Virus record (IMG/VR): IMGVR_UViG_3300009151_000034
Location: 64,001-128,000 of that record
Length of the DNA stretch: 64,000 bases
Reading direction: 5' to 3' (one strand)
Source: a virus
Shown here: piece after piece, positions 1-9,095 of the stretch
Layout of the letters: each line of letters opens with the position of its first letter
Position numbering within the stretch: position 1 is the first letter of the stretch
Notes under the pieces: model-generated
Told to the model about the DNA's origin: nothing
Database searches by the model: none
The model's input: the letters and a program-made list of their open reading frames with translations, nothing else
Position numbers and translations under genes: made by a program

Positions 1-292
1 TACACAAGCCCTTCGATTTGCAAAGGACGATTATTTCTCTACGAAAATTATGTTCTCCTAAAGACAACACATCTTCGTTGAGAATTTTATTAGAACCGAA
101 ATAAGTTTTCCAGTCCGATTCAACAAGAAATTTCTTTTTCTTGCCTTTGATTTGTTTGGTCTTTGATTTTTTGAGTAGCTTCTTACCAATGTATTTTTTA
201 TCATTGGTTAAATTCGTTATCAAGTATACAAAGCCAATATACTCCGAAATACCATCCTCGTCAAGAGGAGTTTCATTATATAACCATGTCAT
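1..292 (-). CDS. GIY-YIG-like endonuclease family protein (3' end outside window)
   Basis: Manual translation from ATG 292: MTWLYNETPLDEDGISEYIGFVYLITNLTNDKKYIGKK; GFVY...YIG motif. Confidence 0.7.
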   Translation of the reverse strand, partial: MTWLYNETPLDEDGISEYIGFVYLITNLTNDKKYIGKKLLKKSKTKQIKGKKKKFLVESDWKTYFGSNKILNEDVLSLGEHNFRREIIVLCKSKGLC

Positions 293-339
293 AGTGAGGA
301 ATCTCCTTCAATATCCTCACTACTTAGGCATCTAAAATA

Positions 340-606
340 TTAATGATCCTCCCGATCACCAAAATCTAACGCATCGTCATCGTCTTCGTCTTCGTTTTCT
401 AAGACCCAACCAGATTCCTTTAAAATTTTATCCAAAACTGGATCAATACCAAAACATTCACGATCAGGCGAATCGATATTGTATTCTTCAAAAATTTCAA
501 TAAATTGTTCGTAAAGTCTTTCACGAACGCTATCATCTGACACAGTTTCATATACTGCATTGGCCATATCAATAAAAACTTTTAAACCAGATTTCCAGGT
601 AGCCAT
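340..606 (-). CDS. acidic hypothetical protein
   Basis: 88-aa ORF with AAGGA RBS. Confidence 0.6.
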   Translation of the reverse strand: MATWKSGLKVFIDMANAVYETVSDDSVRERLYEQFIEIFEEYNIDSPDRECFGIDPVLDKILKESGWVLENEDEDDDDALDFGDREDH

Positions 607-692
607 ATTATGTATTCCTTTTAGAGTTGCTGATGGATATGAGCGTGCCAGATTCCGGTAGTCTTTTTATGGACTAACGGAATACATTTATT

Positions 693-2582
693 TTAAATTT
701 CACATCCTCCTGCAACACATGCTAGTTCTTGTGTTCCTGTTGTCTTATCCTCATGTTCATTTACATTATACAAGTCGAAATCAACTTCTGGGAATGTCTT
801 GATCATTTCATCATATGCTTCTTTAGTCATTGGCTGATATGGTGCTTGTTGATAAATGGTGTCGTTGTAAGGTAAGAACGAAACGCCATTGATTTGATCA
901 AAGTGTTTATAGACCCAGGCACCAACTTCAAGCCATTCATGTTCACGCACATAGACAGTGATTGAAGGATTGTGTTCTACGTAATGCTCACCAACAATCA
1001 AGTAATGCTCTAGCTGATCGATAGCGGTCATTTCAGAAGCAATACGGCAATGTTCTGGTGACTTCATTGGGAAAGAAAATACCCAATTACTATCTTTCAT
1101 TACGTCAGTTTCATGAGGAACGCCCTGAGAAATCAAGAAATCAGATAGTGGGTCTTTCTTATCATTACGAACTGTTCTGATGTAGTATCGAGACATACGT
1201 GGATGAATACCAGATGACGAATCAACTAATTGTGAAACTGTCCCAGAGGGTTTCACGGTGGTAATTGATGCAGATGCAGGAATACCAAGTTTTTCTGCCC
1301 ATTCCTTGTTGACTTTTACGGCATGTTCACGAAGAGTAATAAACCAGTTCTTTGCTTCTTCTGTGGGATAACCAATAACAGGATGATCCATAATACCAGT
1401 TAATGAAACACCAAGTAAACGTTCTTCTTCAACATTCTTTTTCCAAACAGAACGAAGATAACGGAAGTCAGTTAGTGTGGATTGGAATGTTCCCATAATT
1501 GTTGCAAATTTAATTTTTGCAAGTAGAGTCTCTAAGGTATCTTGCTCACGGACAACAACCTCAGTCAAGTTACAAAATTCGTTTGGACGTAGAATAATTT
1601 CACCGCAAGGGTTTGTTCCGAAATCATAATTCGACTTACGGCGATCACCAAGACTCTTAACTTTCTTGATAGCAGCCACACGATTAACAATACCACGTTC
1701 ACCTGACTTAGAATCATAAAGAGATAGCCATTCTTTCATGAACGCACCAATATCAGGTTTTTCGGTATAAGCAGCAGAATTGTTAGCAAGCGCACGGTGA
1801 GCATCATCAACCCACCACTGACCATTCTTTGCACCACGCATACGATCATCAGAAAGATTTGACAATGAAATCAATGCACTACGACGAACACCACCAACTA
1901 CAACAACGTCGGCAATTTTGCACACAATATCATGGCATTCGATACTTGTTAGTTTTCTACCAGCAGCCTTACGGAAAATATTAATAGTAAATTTGAAAAG
2001 ATCATTGAGTGGAGCAGGTCCAGAAGAGCGACCACCAAATGTCTTAAGTGGAGCGCCAGCAGGACGTAGGGCAGTCAAATCCCATTGAGGCACCTGTCCA
2101 GCATAAAGAAGATTGATCAATTCACGATAAGAAGAAGCCCAGCCGATCTTTGAATCACGAACTTTAATTGTGGTTTCTGTTGGATGAAATTCTTCTGAGA
2201 CTACTGGTAGCTTGCTGACGAATTGGCGCTCAACAGAGAAGCCTAGGCCCGTGCCACACATTAAAATATACAAAGCCTCATCGAAACAACGAGGGTCATC
2301 TACGGCGATATATGAGCAATTATAACCCGCAACATTATCACGATCTAGAGCCTTACCAGCAGTCATAAGAGCACGCATGGAAGGCATAACTTCTAGGTTT
2401 ACGATAGAATTATAAATTTCATTCTTTGGAAAGGAATTGTCTCGTTCATAGAAATAATCGCAATATCTCTGAACAGTTTCTTCCCATGATTCGCGGCGAG
2501 TCTTTTCAGGAAGGAAACGGGCATATCTCGAAAGTGAAATATAGCGTTGATACGGATTAAGTCTTTGATTTTTAATACTCAT
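693..2582 (-). CDS. nrdJ: class II (adenosylcobalamin-dependent) ribonucleotide reductase
   Basis: TNPCGEI and VKPSGTVS motifs, C-terminal CVAGGCEI cysteine pair, no small-subunit gene adjacent. Confidence 0.92.
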   Translation of the reverse strand: MSIKNQRLNPYQRYISLSRYARFLPEKTRRESWEETVQRYCDYFYERDNSFPKNEIYNSIVNLEVMPSMRALMTAGKALDRDNVAGYNCSYIAVDDPRCFDEALYILMCGTGLGFSVERQFVSKLPVVSEEFHPTETTIKVRDSKIGWASSYRELINLLYAGQVPQWDLTALRPAGAPLKTFGGRSSGPAPLNDLFKFTINIFRKAAGRKLTSIECHDIVCKIADVVVVGGVRRSALISLSNLSDDRMRGAKNGQWWVDDAHRALANNSAAYTEKPDIGAFMKEWLSLYDSKSGERGIVNRVAAIKKVKSLGDRRKSNYDFGTNPCGEIILRPNEFCNLTEVVVREQDTLETLLAKIKFATIMGTFQSTLTDFRYLRSVWKKNVEEERLLGVSLTGIMDHPVIGYPTEEAKNWFITLREHAVKVNKEWAEKLGIPASASITTVKPSGTVSQLVDSSSGIHPRMSRYYIRTVRNDKKDPLSDFLISQGVPHETDVMKDSNWVFSFPMKSPEHCRIASEMTAIDQLEHYLIVGEHYVEHNPSITVYVREHEWLEVGAWVYKHFDQINGVSFLPYNDTIYQQAPYQPMTKEAYDEMIKTFPEVDFDLYNVNEHEDKTTGTQELACVAGGCEI

Positions 2583-2598
2583 TTATTTCAGTTCCTGA

Positions 2599-3294
2599 TT
2601 AATTGTTAATTGAATTCCGCAAAACGGACATAAAGGGAAAATATGGTAGGAGTTCATTATAGGCGCATTCGGCAATTTCCATATGTTCTTTTTGTGTCCC
2701 ATGTTTTGTTCGGACCATTATATATGTAATCCAAGAACGCACCGATCCTGAGACATAAAGGCGTGAAAGCGTGAGACCTTCGGGTAAAATTGCTCTAGCC
2801 TGTTCTTTTGCAACACCATTTTCAATAGCCCAGCGATATGTTTCATTGGCCATTTGAATAATTGCTTGCTGACGATCTTCCCATTCTTTAATTAAATTTA
2901 CGTCATCTGTCTCAATACTATTTTGGCGGTTCTTTTTATCCTGTAGCCGAGCCTCTCTGGTAACAAACCCAAGGTCTTTTGTTGGGTCGGCATAACGCTG
3001 TGAAAATTCTTGGAAGGAATAAGAACGATGGCGAAGAAGTTGACGACCAATATCGCGTGTTGTTTCTACTGCCATTACAACATTGACTTGCTCAAACACA
3101 GACCAGTGCTGATTTTTCATGCAGTATTGTAGAAGTTTCTCGGACGTTGCATTATTCATTTGGTTCCCAGGATTTGATACCCGTGCAGTATATGCAAGAA
3201 ATTCCTGGGGTGTTAGGCGATTGTTAGTATTTGGGTCGATCACTATAGATTGTGTCATAGCGATGATTTTAGCTGTGTTTGTTTCAGTGATCAT
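2599..3294 (-). CDS. thyX: FAD-dependent thymidylate synthase
   Basis: RHRSYSFQEFSQRY ThyX signature. Confidence 0.95.
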   Translation of the reverse strand: MITETNTAKIIAMTQSIVIDPNTNNRLTPQEFLAYTARVSNPGNQMNNATSEKLLQYCMKNQHWSVFEQVNVVMAVETTRDIGRQLLRHRSYSFQEFSQRYADPTKDLGFVTREARLQDKKNRQNSIETDDVNLIKEWEDRQQAIIQMANETYRWAIENGVAKEQARAILPEGLTLSRLYVSGSVRSWITYIMVRTKHGTQKEHMEIAECAYNELLPYFPFMSVLRNSINN

Positions 3295-3515
3295 TTCATA
3301 TACTCATAACATATTCAACCACAAACGGAGCATTTATAAAGTTCATCTTCCCATACCCCATTCACATTTTCGGGGGCTGGGCACTTTTTACCACCATTTT
3401 CAAAATATAAACATTCAAATGGCCTTTCTGGTTTACGGACATCGCGGACTAAAAAGTTATCTTTTTTAATAATTTTTAATTTCATTTTATATTTTCCTTT
3501 TGTTTTATGCGGGTA

Positions 3516-3773
3516 TCAATTCACATTAAGCTTTGCAGGCTCAACAAAATAATAGCCCTGTTCTCTCAGATAGTCAAGTTGTTTTTCAGTTGCTTTGATG
3601 GCAGGATAAACACTGGATCGTTCATAACTAGGATTGAAAGCCCATAGTTGATATATTTCTACACCACACTTAAGAGCATGATACGTGAAATGACCTAGTG
3701 ATGCCTTTGAAAGATTTGGTATTTTTCCTTCTCTCTCAGAAATATGATATGCTTTTTTCGTATCTACCTTCAT
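3516..3773 (-). CDS. hypothetical protein
   Basis: 85-aa ORF in packed minus-strand run. Confidence 0.5.
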   Translation of the reverse strand: MKVDTKKAYHISEREGKIPNLSKASLGHFTYHALKCGVEIYQLWAFNPSYERSSVYPAIKATEKQLDYLREQGYYFVEPAKLNVN

Positions 3774-3966
3774 ACTCTCTTAAATTCTCATTAACTTGCC
3801 AAAATGAAAAGTGGTTAGCTTGTTCAGTTATAGAATATTCTTTATTATAAGGAATCCAAATTCGTTCCCTTATTTTTTCATTCTGTGTGTTTCTTGTCAT
3901 TTTCCATAACGTATCTTTTATATCATCATGTATTTTATATGCAAAAATACTTTTCTTACGCATCAT
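3736..3966 (-). CDS. hypothetical protein coupled to last QV mini-gene; possibly a degenerate member
   Basis: Start overlaps EDLNDA tail of 3956..4156; WQVNENL near C-terminus. Confidence 0.45.
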   Translation of the reverse strand: MMRKKSIFAYKIHDDIKDTLWKMTRNTQNEKIRERIWIPYNKEYSITEQANHFSFWQVNENLREYEGRYEKSISYF

Positions 3967-4156
3967 TTAAATCTTCCCTGACTTGATCCCAGATTTGATA
4001 GCTGACTTGATCTCCGACTTGATCTCCGACTTGATCGTGGACTTGACACCTGACTTGAATACCGACTTGATAGCTGACTTGATCCTCGGCTTGTTCACAG
4101 ACTTGATACCAGACTTGCCCGCTGACTTGTTTATTAATTTGTTTTTTAACAGTCAT
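3956..4156 (-). CDS. QV-tetrapeptide repeat mini-protein (array 1)
   Basis: MTVKKQ...(QVxx)n...EDLNDA, 66 aa. Confidence 0.7.
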   Translation of the reverse strand: MTVKKQINKQVSGQVWYQVCEQAEDQVSYQVGIQVRCQVHDQVGDQVGDQVSYQIWDQVREDLNDA

Positions 4157-4346
4157 CTAAATCTTCCCTGACTTGACTACTGACTTGACTCCTGACTTGA
4201 CTACTGACTTGACTCCTGACTTGAATACCAACTTGATTCCAGACTTGATCCTGGATTTGATCCCAGACTTGATAGCTGACTTGATCCCAGACTTGATCCC
4301 TGACTTGATAGCTGACTTGATCCCAGATTTGTTTTTTAACGGTCAT
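4146..4346 (-). CDS. QV-tetrapeptide repeat mini-protein (array 1)
   Basis: MTVKKQ...(QVxx)n...EDLDDC, 66 aa. Confidence 0.7.
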   Translation of the reverse strand: MTVKKQIWDQVSYQVRDQVWDQVSYQVWDQIQDQVWNQVGIQVRSQVSSQVRSQVSSQVREDLDDC

Positions 4347-4512
4347 CTAAATCTTCCCTGACTTGACTATTGACTTGATCCCCGGCTTGATCCCCGACAT
4401 GATCCCAGACTTGTTCACAGACTTGATACCAGACTTGATGCAAGACTTGATGCAAGACTTGATCCCCGGCTTGTTCACAGACTTGTTTACTAATTTGTTT
4501 TTTAACGGTCAT
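4336..4512 (-). CDS. QV-tetrapeptide repeat mini-protein (array 1; below ORF-track cutoff)
   Basis: Manual translation MTVKKQISKQVCEQAGDQVLHQVLHQVWYQVCEQVWDHVGDQAGDQVNSQVREDLDDR, 58 aa. Confidence 0.7.
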   Translation of the reverse strand: MTVKKQISKQVCEQAGDQVLHQVLHQVWYQVCEQVWDHVGDQAGDQVNSQVREDLDDR

Positions 4513-4702
4513 CTAAATCTTCCCTGACTTGATCCCAGACTTGATCCCAGACTTGATTTGTGATTTGAACCCTGACTTGATCCCCGACTTGATCCCTGAC
4601 TTGACCACAGACTTGATGCCTGACTTGATTACCGACTTGATACCTGACTTGTTCCCAGGCTTGATCCCAGATTTGATACCTGACTTGTTTTTTAACGGTC
4701 AT
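4502..4702 (-). CDS. QV-tetrapeptide repeat mini-protein (array 1)
   Basis: MTVKKQ...(QVxx)n...EDLDDR, 66 aa. Confidence 0.7.
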   Translation of the reverse strand: MTVKKQVRYQIWDQAWEQVRYQVGNQVRHQVCGQVRDQVGDQVRVQITNQVWDQVWDQVREDLDDR

Positions 4703-4886
4703 CTAAATCTTCCAAATTTTCCAATAATTGATTTTTAGCATATATTTTATTAATAACTACCATCGAAGAAAGAACCATATGCCTAGTATAAACAATAGTC
4801 TGTATTTGTCGATTTACACATATTGGTTCTTGCATATGCTTAAGAACATCATTATAAATTATTTTTTTGATTTTAGATAATACCAT
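4692..4886 (-). CDS. non-repetitive mini-protein sharing the EDLDDR junction (array 1 leader)
   Basis: MVLSKIKK...LEDLDDR, 64 aa from ATG 4886. Confidence 0.5.
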   Translation of the reverse strand: MVLSKIKKIIYNDVLKHMQEPICVNRQIQTIVYTRHMVLSSMVVINKIYAKNQLLENLEDLDDR

Positions 4887-4915
4887 GATATATGAAAGAC
4901 CTTTATACGACAGGA

Positions 4916-4952
4916 ATAAAAATGGGGAGCAGTTTATTTTTTGCTCCCCATT
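4916..4952 (-). terminator. intrinsic terminator after DUF6745-like gene
   Basis: AATGGGGAGCA/TGCTCCCCATT stem followed by T run on minus strand. Confidence 0.75.
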
Positions 4953-4968
4953 GATACAACCAGTTATT

Positions 4969-5850
4969 TTAGGTTCGGAACTCCAAATCCCGTAGTTCGT
5001 TTTCCTCAAACCCATATGTCCATGCGTTGGCTTGCAGGGCAGTTTTCATTTCAGGTGGCACAGGAATTGCGAATGACCTTCCAGTCCCACAAAGAACTTG
5101 CAAGAACTTTTCGGTGCCAATGTCGGGGATATCAACCTCTAGAAGTGTTCCGATCATTGGGTCTTCGTCAACATCGATAACCTTAGAATTCAATTCCTTA
5201 AGAATATGAACCCAACCAAGAATTTCACAAGCAACGCGGCGAAGTTCTAGATTATCTTGCTTCAATGCCTCTTTAGCTGTTAGAGACTTCTTATCAGCAA
5301 TCCAGTGCCAACGCTTACGATCAAGACGAACACCATGCCAAGCATATACTTTAGTGTCATCCATATATTCGATAGCAGGTCCATCTTCGCAATGTAGACG
5401 ATTCTGATCATCGAACTTGATAAGCATTGGGCGTTCCTGAATAATAGCCTCATCCTCATCAACCCAGGCCCAACCACCTTCCTTGGCATATTCAACTAGA
5501 CCGTTAATGATGCTGAGATCGATACCACAAACATCATTAAAATAAGAATAAAAGCTAATCCAAGAACTGTCCTGAGAACCGAAAATGTTTCCATTCATAA
5601 AGGAATTTACATCACCTTCGGGACGAATTGACTTGTAAATCTTATAGGCATCGTGTGGACCCTTAGCGTAATACATTTTGCTAGGTGCCTTAAGATTTTG
5701 CGTAGTATAACAAAGTGCAAGGGCCTTCTTAGCCTTAGCAAAATCAATAACATCGGTATTAAGACCAATCTTCAACCACTTGGCAAGATGCATAGGAATC
5801 ATTGCTTCTTGTTCTGGGGTTAGCTTATCGATCTTATTTGTAGCGGCCAT
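4969..5850 (-). CDS. DUF6745-like protein
   Basis: KLTPEQEA...KWLKIGL N-terminus, GSQDSSWISFY, RLHCEDGPAIEY..AWHGV, NLELRR motifs. Confidence 0.75.
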   Translation of the reverse strand: MAATNKIDKLTPEQEAMIPMHLAKWLKIGLNTDVIDFAKAKKALALCYTTQNLKAPSKMYYAKGPHDAYKIYKSIRPEGDVNSFMNGNIFGSQDSSWISFYSYFNDVCGIDLSIINGLVEYAKEGGWAWVDEDEAIIQERPMLIKFDDQNRLHCEDGPAIEYMDDTKVYAWHGVRLDRKRWHWIADKKSLTAKEALKQDNLELRRVACEILGWVHILKELNSKVIDVDEDPMIGTLLEVDIPDIGTEKFLQVLCGTGRSFAIPVPPEMKTALQANAWTYGFEENELRDLEFRT

Positions 5851-5877
5851 AATATAATTTCCTTTATGTTTCAGATA

Positions 5878-6240
5878 TTAGTCAGCAGCCTTACGAAAAC
5901 CTTCTGGTGTATACTCTCGCTGGCGACGAATCATATACTTTCCAGGAGGAACTAGAATGCTTTCGTGTGTATCATGTGATCGTAGATGATCGATTTTAGT
6001 ATCTTCTTTTACTAGAAGAAACATTTTATACAAATCAATGTTCTGTGTATTGCTTTTGTTAGTCACAGGTTCGAAAGCCTCAACATATTCAGCTTCCATT
6101 ACGTGATTATGCATAGTTTCAGAATGAGCAACCACGATATGACCATTCTCTGCATTTACAGGAACGATATTTTCTGGGAACTCGTTGATACGCACAATGA
6201 TAAAATCACCTTGCGCTGCCATATTTTTAAGAATCTTCAT
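5878..6240 (-). CDS. His-motif small protein of the type usually found beside DUF6745 genes
   Basis: QGD, HSETMHNH, HDTH, PGKYMIRRQREY motifs. Confidence 0.65.
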   Translation of the reverse strand: MKILKNMAAQGDFIIVRINEFPENIVPVNAENGHIVVAHSETMHNHVMEAEYVEAFEPVTNKSNTQNIDLYKMFLLVKEDTKIDHLRSHDTHESILVPPGKYMIRRQREYTPEGFRKAAD

Positions 6241-6265
6241 TTCAATCTCCTTTTGTTGTTCCTCA

Positions 6266-6294
6266 TTTATACATCACAGTGAGGTGGCTGTCAA
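6266..6294 (-). promoter_or_regulatory. sigma70-type promoter for the DUF6745 pair
   Basis: TTGACA-17-TATAAA. Confidence 0.65.
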
Positions 6295-6358
6295 TAAGTT
6301 TTTTCAAATATTTAGAAAGTTTTTGGCCTGATATTACTTATCCCACTTTAAAATTTCT

Positions 6359-6571
6359 TTATCTGTAGATAATAGGTTTTTGTCTACCCATTGTAATGTT
6401 GGTTTGTGCTTTGATTTCGTTATTCGGCCATGTCCAACACTCAGAGTTATTGTCTTGAAAACACACCCAAAATAAATTGTGTTCTGGTCCATAGTCAATG
6501 ATAATATGAGCCAATGCGGAACCGTGGGGTGTTATAACAGGCAATGGTGGATTAAGTTGCAGCGTCATCAT
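6359..6571 (-). CDS. conserved phage hypothetical protein
   Basis: LQLNPPLPVITPHG...IIDYGPEHNLFWV, 70 aa. Confidence 0.6.
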   Translation of the reverse strand: MMTLQLNPPLPVITPHGSALAHIIIDYGPEHNLFWVCFQDNNSECWTWPNNEIKAQTNITMGRQKPIIYR

Positions 6572-6686
6572 TCATCGTCCCCTGATGCGGGCTTCTTGGT
6601 GAAAGTTTGCACCACTACCCAGATAGTCAGTGATTCTATCAATAACAGGTGTGATTAGCTTGGTTGTTTTTATCATGCAAATCCTC

Positions 6687-6944
6687 TTATGGTAGTTTCA
6701 TCAAATCTTGGAACAGGTGGTTCAAGTGTCCAAACAAAAATGCGATTGCCATGGTCGGAGCCAACAATGCCCACACATACCAAGGTTCGGCAGGACCGGT
6801 TTTGTTTCCAATATTCCGTATGAACCAAGCTATGTCAATCCCAATCCACACCAACAGGCCCCAACCCACCCAGGGCGAGGTGCACGCTCCGAGAAAGTAG
6901 CAAACAGTGCCGATGAGAGATAGGGTTACAATCAATGCTGTCAC
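6687..6944 (-). CDS. small membrane protein
   Basis: Three hydrophobic segments; GTG start overlapping upstream TGA. Confidence 0.45.
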   Translation of the reverse strand: MTALIVTLSLIGTVCYFLGACTSPWVGWGLLVWIGIDIAWFIRNIGNKTGPAEPWYVWALLAPTMAIAFLFGHLNHLFQDLMKLP

Positions 6945-7123
6945 TGTTTGATTCCTGCCAATTCGCTCATCCTGCGAACCTCGGGGTTGTTTTTCAAAAT
7001 CTTGCGAATCTTGCGGCGATGTCGCCAAGCACTATATCTCTCGACCATTTCATAGAAAGCCCACGTGCTCCACAGTAGAGGAACCATCCAAATCCAGTGA
7101 TAGCCAAATTTTGGGTCTCTCAT
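6941..7123 (-). CDS. small membrane protein
   Basis: 60 aa, one hydrophobic segment and basic tail. Confidence 0.45.
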   Translation of the reverse strand: MRDPKFGYHWIWMVPLLWSTWAFYEMVERYSAWRHRRKIRKILKNNPEVRRMSELAGIKQ

Positions 7124-7256
7124 TCTTCACCTTGATCAACCAAAACTGCATACACGATTGGAACTACCTTATCCCATGACATAGGGTCAGGTTCAACAAA
7201 ACGAATATGATATTCATTATATCCATCATCGCTGCTATAACAAAGCCATGCTAGTT

Positions 7257-7760
7257 TCATCGCTCTAGTTCTCCTACATTAACAAGGCCATCAGGGGTTG
7301 GTTTGAATTCTGCGGTAACAAAGGGCTTATTACCAATAAGCCTAGTATACTCCCTACCACCGTCAATTGCAAGCCCATTCTTCTCACAAAAATGATGAAG
7401 ATTGTGAGAATAAATCCATTCATCTTCACCAACATTTAACGCTGTAACATTATGTTTAGCGGTATCGGTGGCCGATGTAACCATAAGTTTACTATCATCA
7501 GAGTAATACAAAGCAAACCAGTTATCATAATCATTCGGAGGATTGTCTTGCCAAAAAACAGCACCGACAATATTAGTCCAACAACTTTTACCCATTAGAT
7601 GAGTTTGGTAGACATACTTGGCTTTATAATGTTCTTCTATGATCTTGAGATTTTCTGCACTGAAAATTGTGCATTCGCTGTTAATTTTAGTCACTTTTGT
7701 TTTCCTTCTCTGGATATTGGTATAATCGATAAGCCTTAACCCAAGTCCTATGAAGTTCAT
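7257..7760 (-). CDS. hypothetical protein (true start probably GTG near 7694)
   Basis: YSHNLHHF...IDGGREYTR motif. Confidence 0.55.
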   Translation of the reverse strand: MNFIGLGLRLIDYTNIQRRKTKVTKINSECTIFSAENLKIIEEHYKAKYVYQTHLMGKSCWTNIVGAVFWQDNPPNDYDNWFALYYSDDSKLMVTSATDTAKHNVTALNVGEDEWIYSHNLHHFCEKNGLAIDGGREYTRLIGNKPFVTAEFKPTPDGLVNVGELER

Positions 7761-7923
7761 CTTCCATTACAATTTTCTCAGCAATTTCATAAGAAAAAGT
7801 CGTGGCCACCACACACTTAAAACAGTCTGGATTTTTTGAACCGCTCCAAAATTCTAGGATACAATATTCCACTGAGTAGTATCCATCTTTCGGAGGATCA
7901 TAATAACCTGTCAATTCTGTCAT
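7687..7923 (-). CDS. hypothetical protein
   Basis: 78 aa, GGAG RBS, upstream TTGACT promoter. Confidence 0.5.
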   Translation of the reverse strand: MTELTGYYDPPKDGYYSVEYCILEFWSGSKNPDCFKCVVATTFSYEIAEKIVMEDELHRTWVKAYRLYQYPEKENKSD

Positions 7924-7999
7924 ACTTTACTCCACATATTAATATATCATAACTTAGCATGGGTTATTTTGGAAGTCAAGTGATATTTTGTATCAATAT

Positions 8000-9025
8000 T
8001 TAAACTCTCTTCCACTGGTTTAATGCAATCATAGCATTAAGATCGCTGTAAGTATGTTGATCAATAATATATTGTATAAATTCTGGACTCAAACCTCCTA
8101 AAATAGCATCATTGATATCTTTAAATGTAAAGTTTTCAGGAAAAATACAAATCTTATACCCATTCATAATTGCCTTAGACATTTTTGCTACAGTTTCTTT
8201 TGACCTTGGTTCGCAATCATAAACGACCACCATATTTTTCTTCGGCAAATCTTTAATAGTTGAAACCAGATCACCACCGGCTGTTGCGATGCTATTGGGA
8301 ACAAAAATTGCATCCAATACACCTTCAAACACATAAGTTTTTTTATTAAAATCCACCACATCCAAACCATATATTTTTGGTGTGGTTTCATCATTAACTA
8401 ACGTAATATAACGAGTCTTAGCATCACCGCTCAATGCTCTGCCCTGAAAAGCGTGCATGTTCTTATCCTTATTGATAAACGGAATAAGAACTCGTCCTTC
8501 ATCATATTTCAAAGCACTTTCACTAAACTTATCAGGAATTATATCATTTGTCCAGGAAAAAAACTTAGGACACCAGAAAATCTTGGAATGAAATGGATTG
8601 GGGATTAAACGTTCCGATATGAAAACTTTTGCTGGATGATCTGGTGATAATTGACTGATCTTCTTAAGACCTTTTAATGGCCCAGCAGACATGAATACAG
8701 GCTTCTTCATTTTATCAACAAAAGCATGTAATTCTTCTTGCTCAGGGGTCTTACGATCCTTAAGTTTTTCTAAAAGATAATCTGCATGTAATTGAAAATC
8801 TACAGTCTTCAGGAAATTATCAAACCCCATCGTCACTGAACAATTATGGCAGTGATACAATGTCTTTCCCGATTTGCTGTATATATAACCTCTGGATTTC
8901 TTCTTATCAGTCTCAGAGTCTCCACAAAGAGGACATGAGAAGTTTAAAGTATTACCAGACTTACGTTTATAATTCCTTAACCTAATGGAAAGGATATTAA
9001 GATACTTAGACTCAAGATAATCCAT
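8000..9025 (-). CDS. 61: DNA primase (T4 gp61-like)
   Basis: CPLCGDS..HCHNC zinc ribbon, FQGRAL, TOPRIM FEG.LD and YD.EPR. Confidence 0.93.
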   Translation of the reverse strand: MDYLESKYLNILSIRLRNYKRKSGNTLNFSCPLCGDSETDKKKSRGYIYSKSGKTLYHCHNCSVTMGFDNFLKTVDFQLHADYLLEKLKDRKTPEQEELHAFVDKMKKPVFMSAGPLKGLKKISQLSPDHPAKVFISERLIPNPFHSKIFWCPKFFSWTNDIIPDKFSESALKYDEGRVLIPFINKDKNMHAFQGRALSGDAKTRYITLVNDETTPKIYGLDVVDFNKKTYVFEGVLDAIFVPNSIATAGGDLVSTIKDLPKKNMVVVYDCEPRSKETVAKMSKAIMNGYKICIFPENFTFKDINDAILGGLSPEFIQYIIDQHTYSDLNAMIALNQWKRV

Positions 9026-9095
9026 AACAATTTCCTATACATCATAATCACAGGAATGATTATACGAGGATCATCATAGGTTGTCAAGAGAAATT

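Larger units (their letters stand above)
3965..4705 (-). repeat. 12-bp period CAAGTC-N6 tandem repeat with recurring junction GAAGATTTAGATGACYGTTAAAAAACAA
   Basis: gacttg recurs every 12 nt on + strand; junctions near 4150, 4340, 4505, 4695. Confidence 0.95.

Noticed and set aside
628-682. Hairpin after nrdJ sharing AATCTGGCAC with the 32.5-kb RNA
   Set aside because: A single 10-mer match in a different structural context could be chance.
3956-4702. Diversity-generating retroelement as the source of QV variation
   Set aside because: No reverse transcriptase in the window, and the differences are block swaps rather than adenine-specific changes from a template.
3965-4705. CRISPR array interpretation of the recurring junction and 12-bp repeats (also 43446-44951)
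   Set aside because: The intervening sequences are 130-160 bp, internally repetitive and in-frame coding; no cas genes or leader are seen.
3983-4738. Plus-strand LIPD-repeat ORFs (also 44802-44990 and the alternate-frame 43451-43654)
   Set aside because: Shadow frames of the stop-poor repeat; they lack the SD/ATG coupling seen for the QV frame.
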